Below are positions 63,999 through 64,000 of a stretch of 64,000 bases of DNA, in pieces. Numbering within the stretch: the stretch's first letter is position 1; each line of letters begins with the position of its first letter. The notes under the pieces are model-generated. The model saw only the letters and a program-made list of their open reading frames with translations. It made no database searches and was not told the origin of the DNA. Source of the stretch: Candidatus Methylomirabilota bacterium (GTDB lineage: Bacteria > Methylomirabilota > Methylomirabilia > Methylomirabilales > 2-02-FULL-66-22); contig JAPLLC010000106.1 of the NCBI GenBank assembly GCA_026387775.1, forward strand, positions 2,004-66,003. Direction: 5' to 3'. A program made the position numbers and the translations under genes.

Positions 63999-64000
63999 GA

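Noticed and set aside
1-64000. tRNA, rRNA, tmRNA or RNase P genes that might mark the island's integration site.
   Set aside because: I could not recognise cloverleaf-type or rRNA-like sequence in any intergenic gap by eye. This is weak negative evidence and should be confirmed with tRNAscan-SE and Infernal.

Overview
High-GC bacterial chromosomal window, densely coding. I recognised no rRNA, tRNA or CRISPR array by eye. All start codons and motif coordinates were set by eye from the sequence, and no searches were run.

Layout, left to right:
1. A CHASE2 Ser/Thr kinase, a PP2C phosphatase and two FHA proteins.
2. comB, followed by an accessory island (about 6.2-11.3 kb) that looks lower in GC. 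It holds an integrase remnant bracketed by a duplicated comB 3' end, two HigBA-type toxin-antitoxin pairs, and an XRE + TcmP-like methyltransferase-fold + three-Cys radical-SAM cassette of unknown function. This cassette is my best candidate for an undescribed nucleic-acid modification or defence system.
3. A Cys-rich 4Fe-4S protein and a lipoprotein.
4. A roughly 23 kb organic/sugar-acid catabolic region. It has three complete TRAP transporters (DctPQM), an IolB/KduI-like isomerase, several SDRs, a Gfo/Idh/MocA enzyme, two CoA-transferases, a CitE-like lyase, Eda aldolase, DsbA and an inserted vapBC pair. No transcription factor is visible in it.
5. ilvBN, a TIM-barrel isomerase, a lytic transglycosylase, a DUF1016 nuclease, an ADH and a ThDP enzyme.
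6. A potassium supercluster: kdpFABC-kdpDE, a frameshifted HAMP-PAS histidine kinase with a response regulator, and a trkA-trkA-kimA-kimA operon with no TrkH/KtrB partner. KdpD appears to have an in-frame loss of its fourth TM helix.

Two families of short interspersed repeats tend to start exactly at stop codons. Several AT-rich heptamer or hairpin repeats sit at gene 3' ends.
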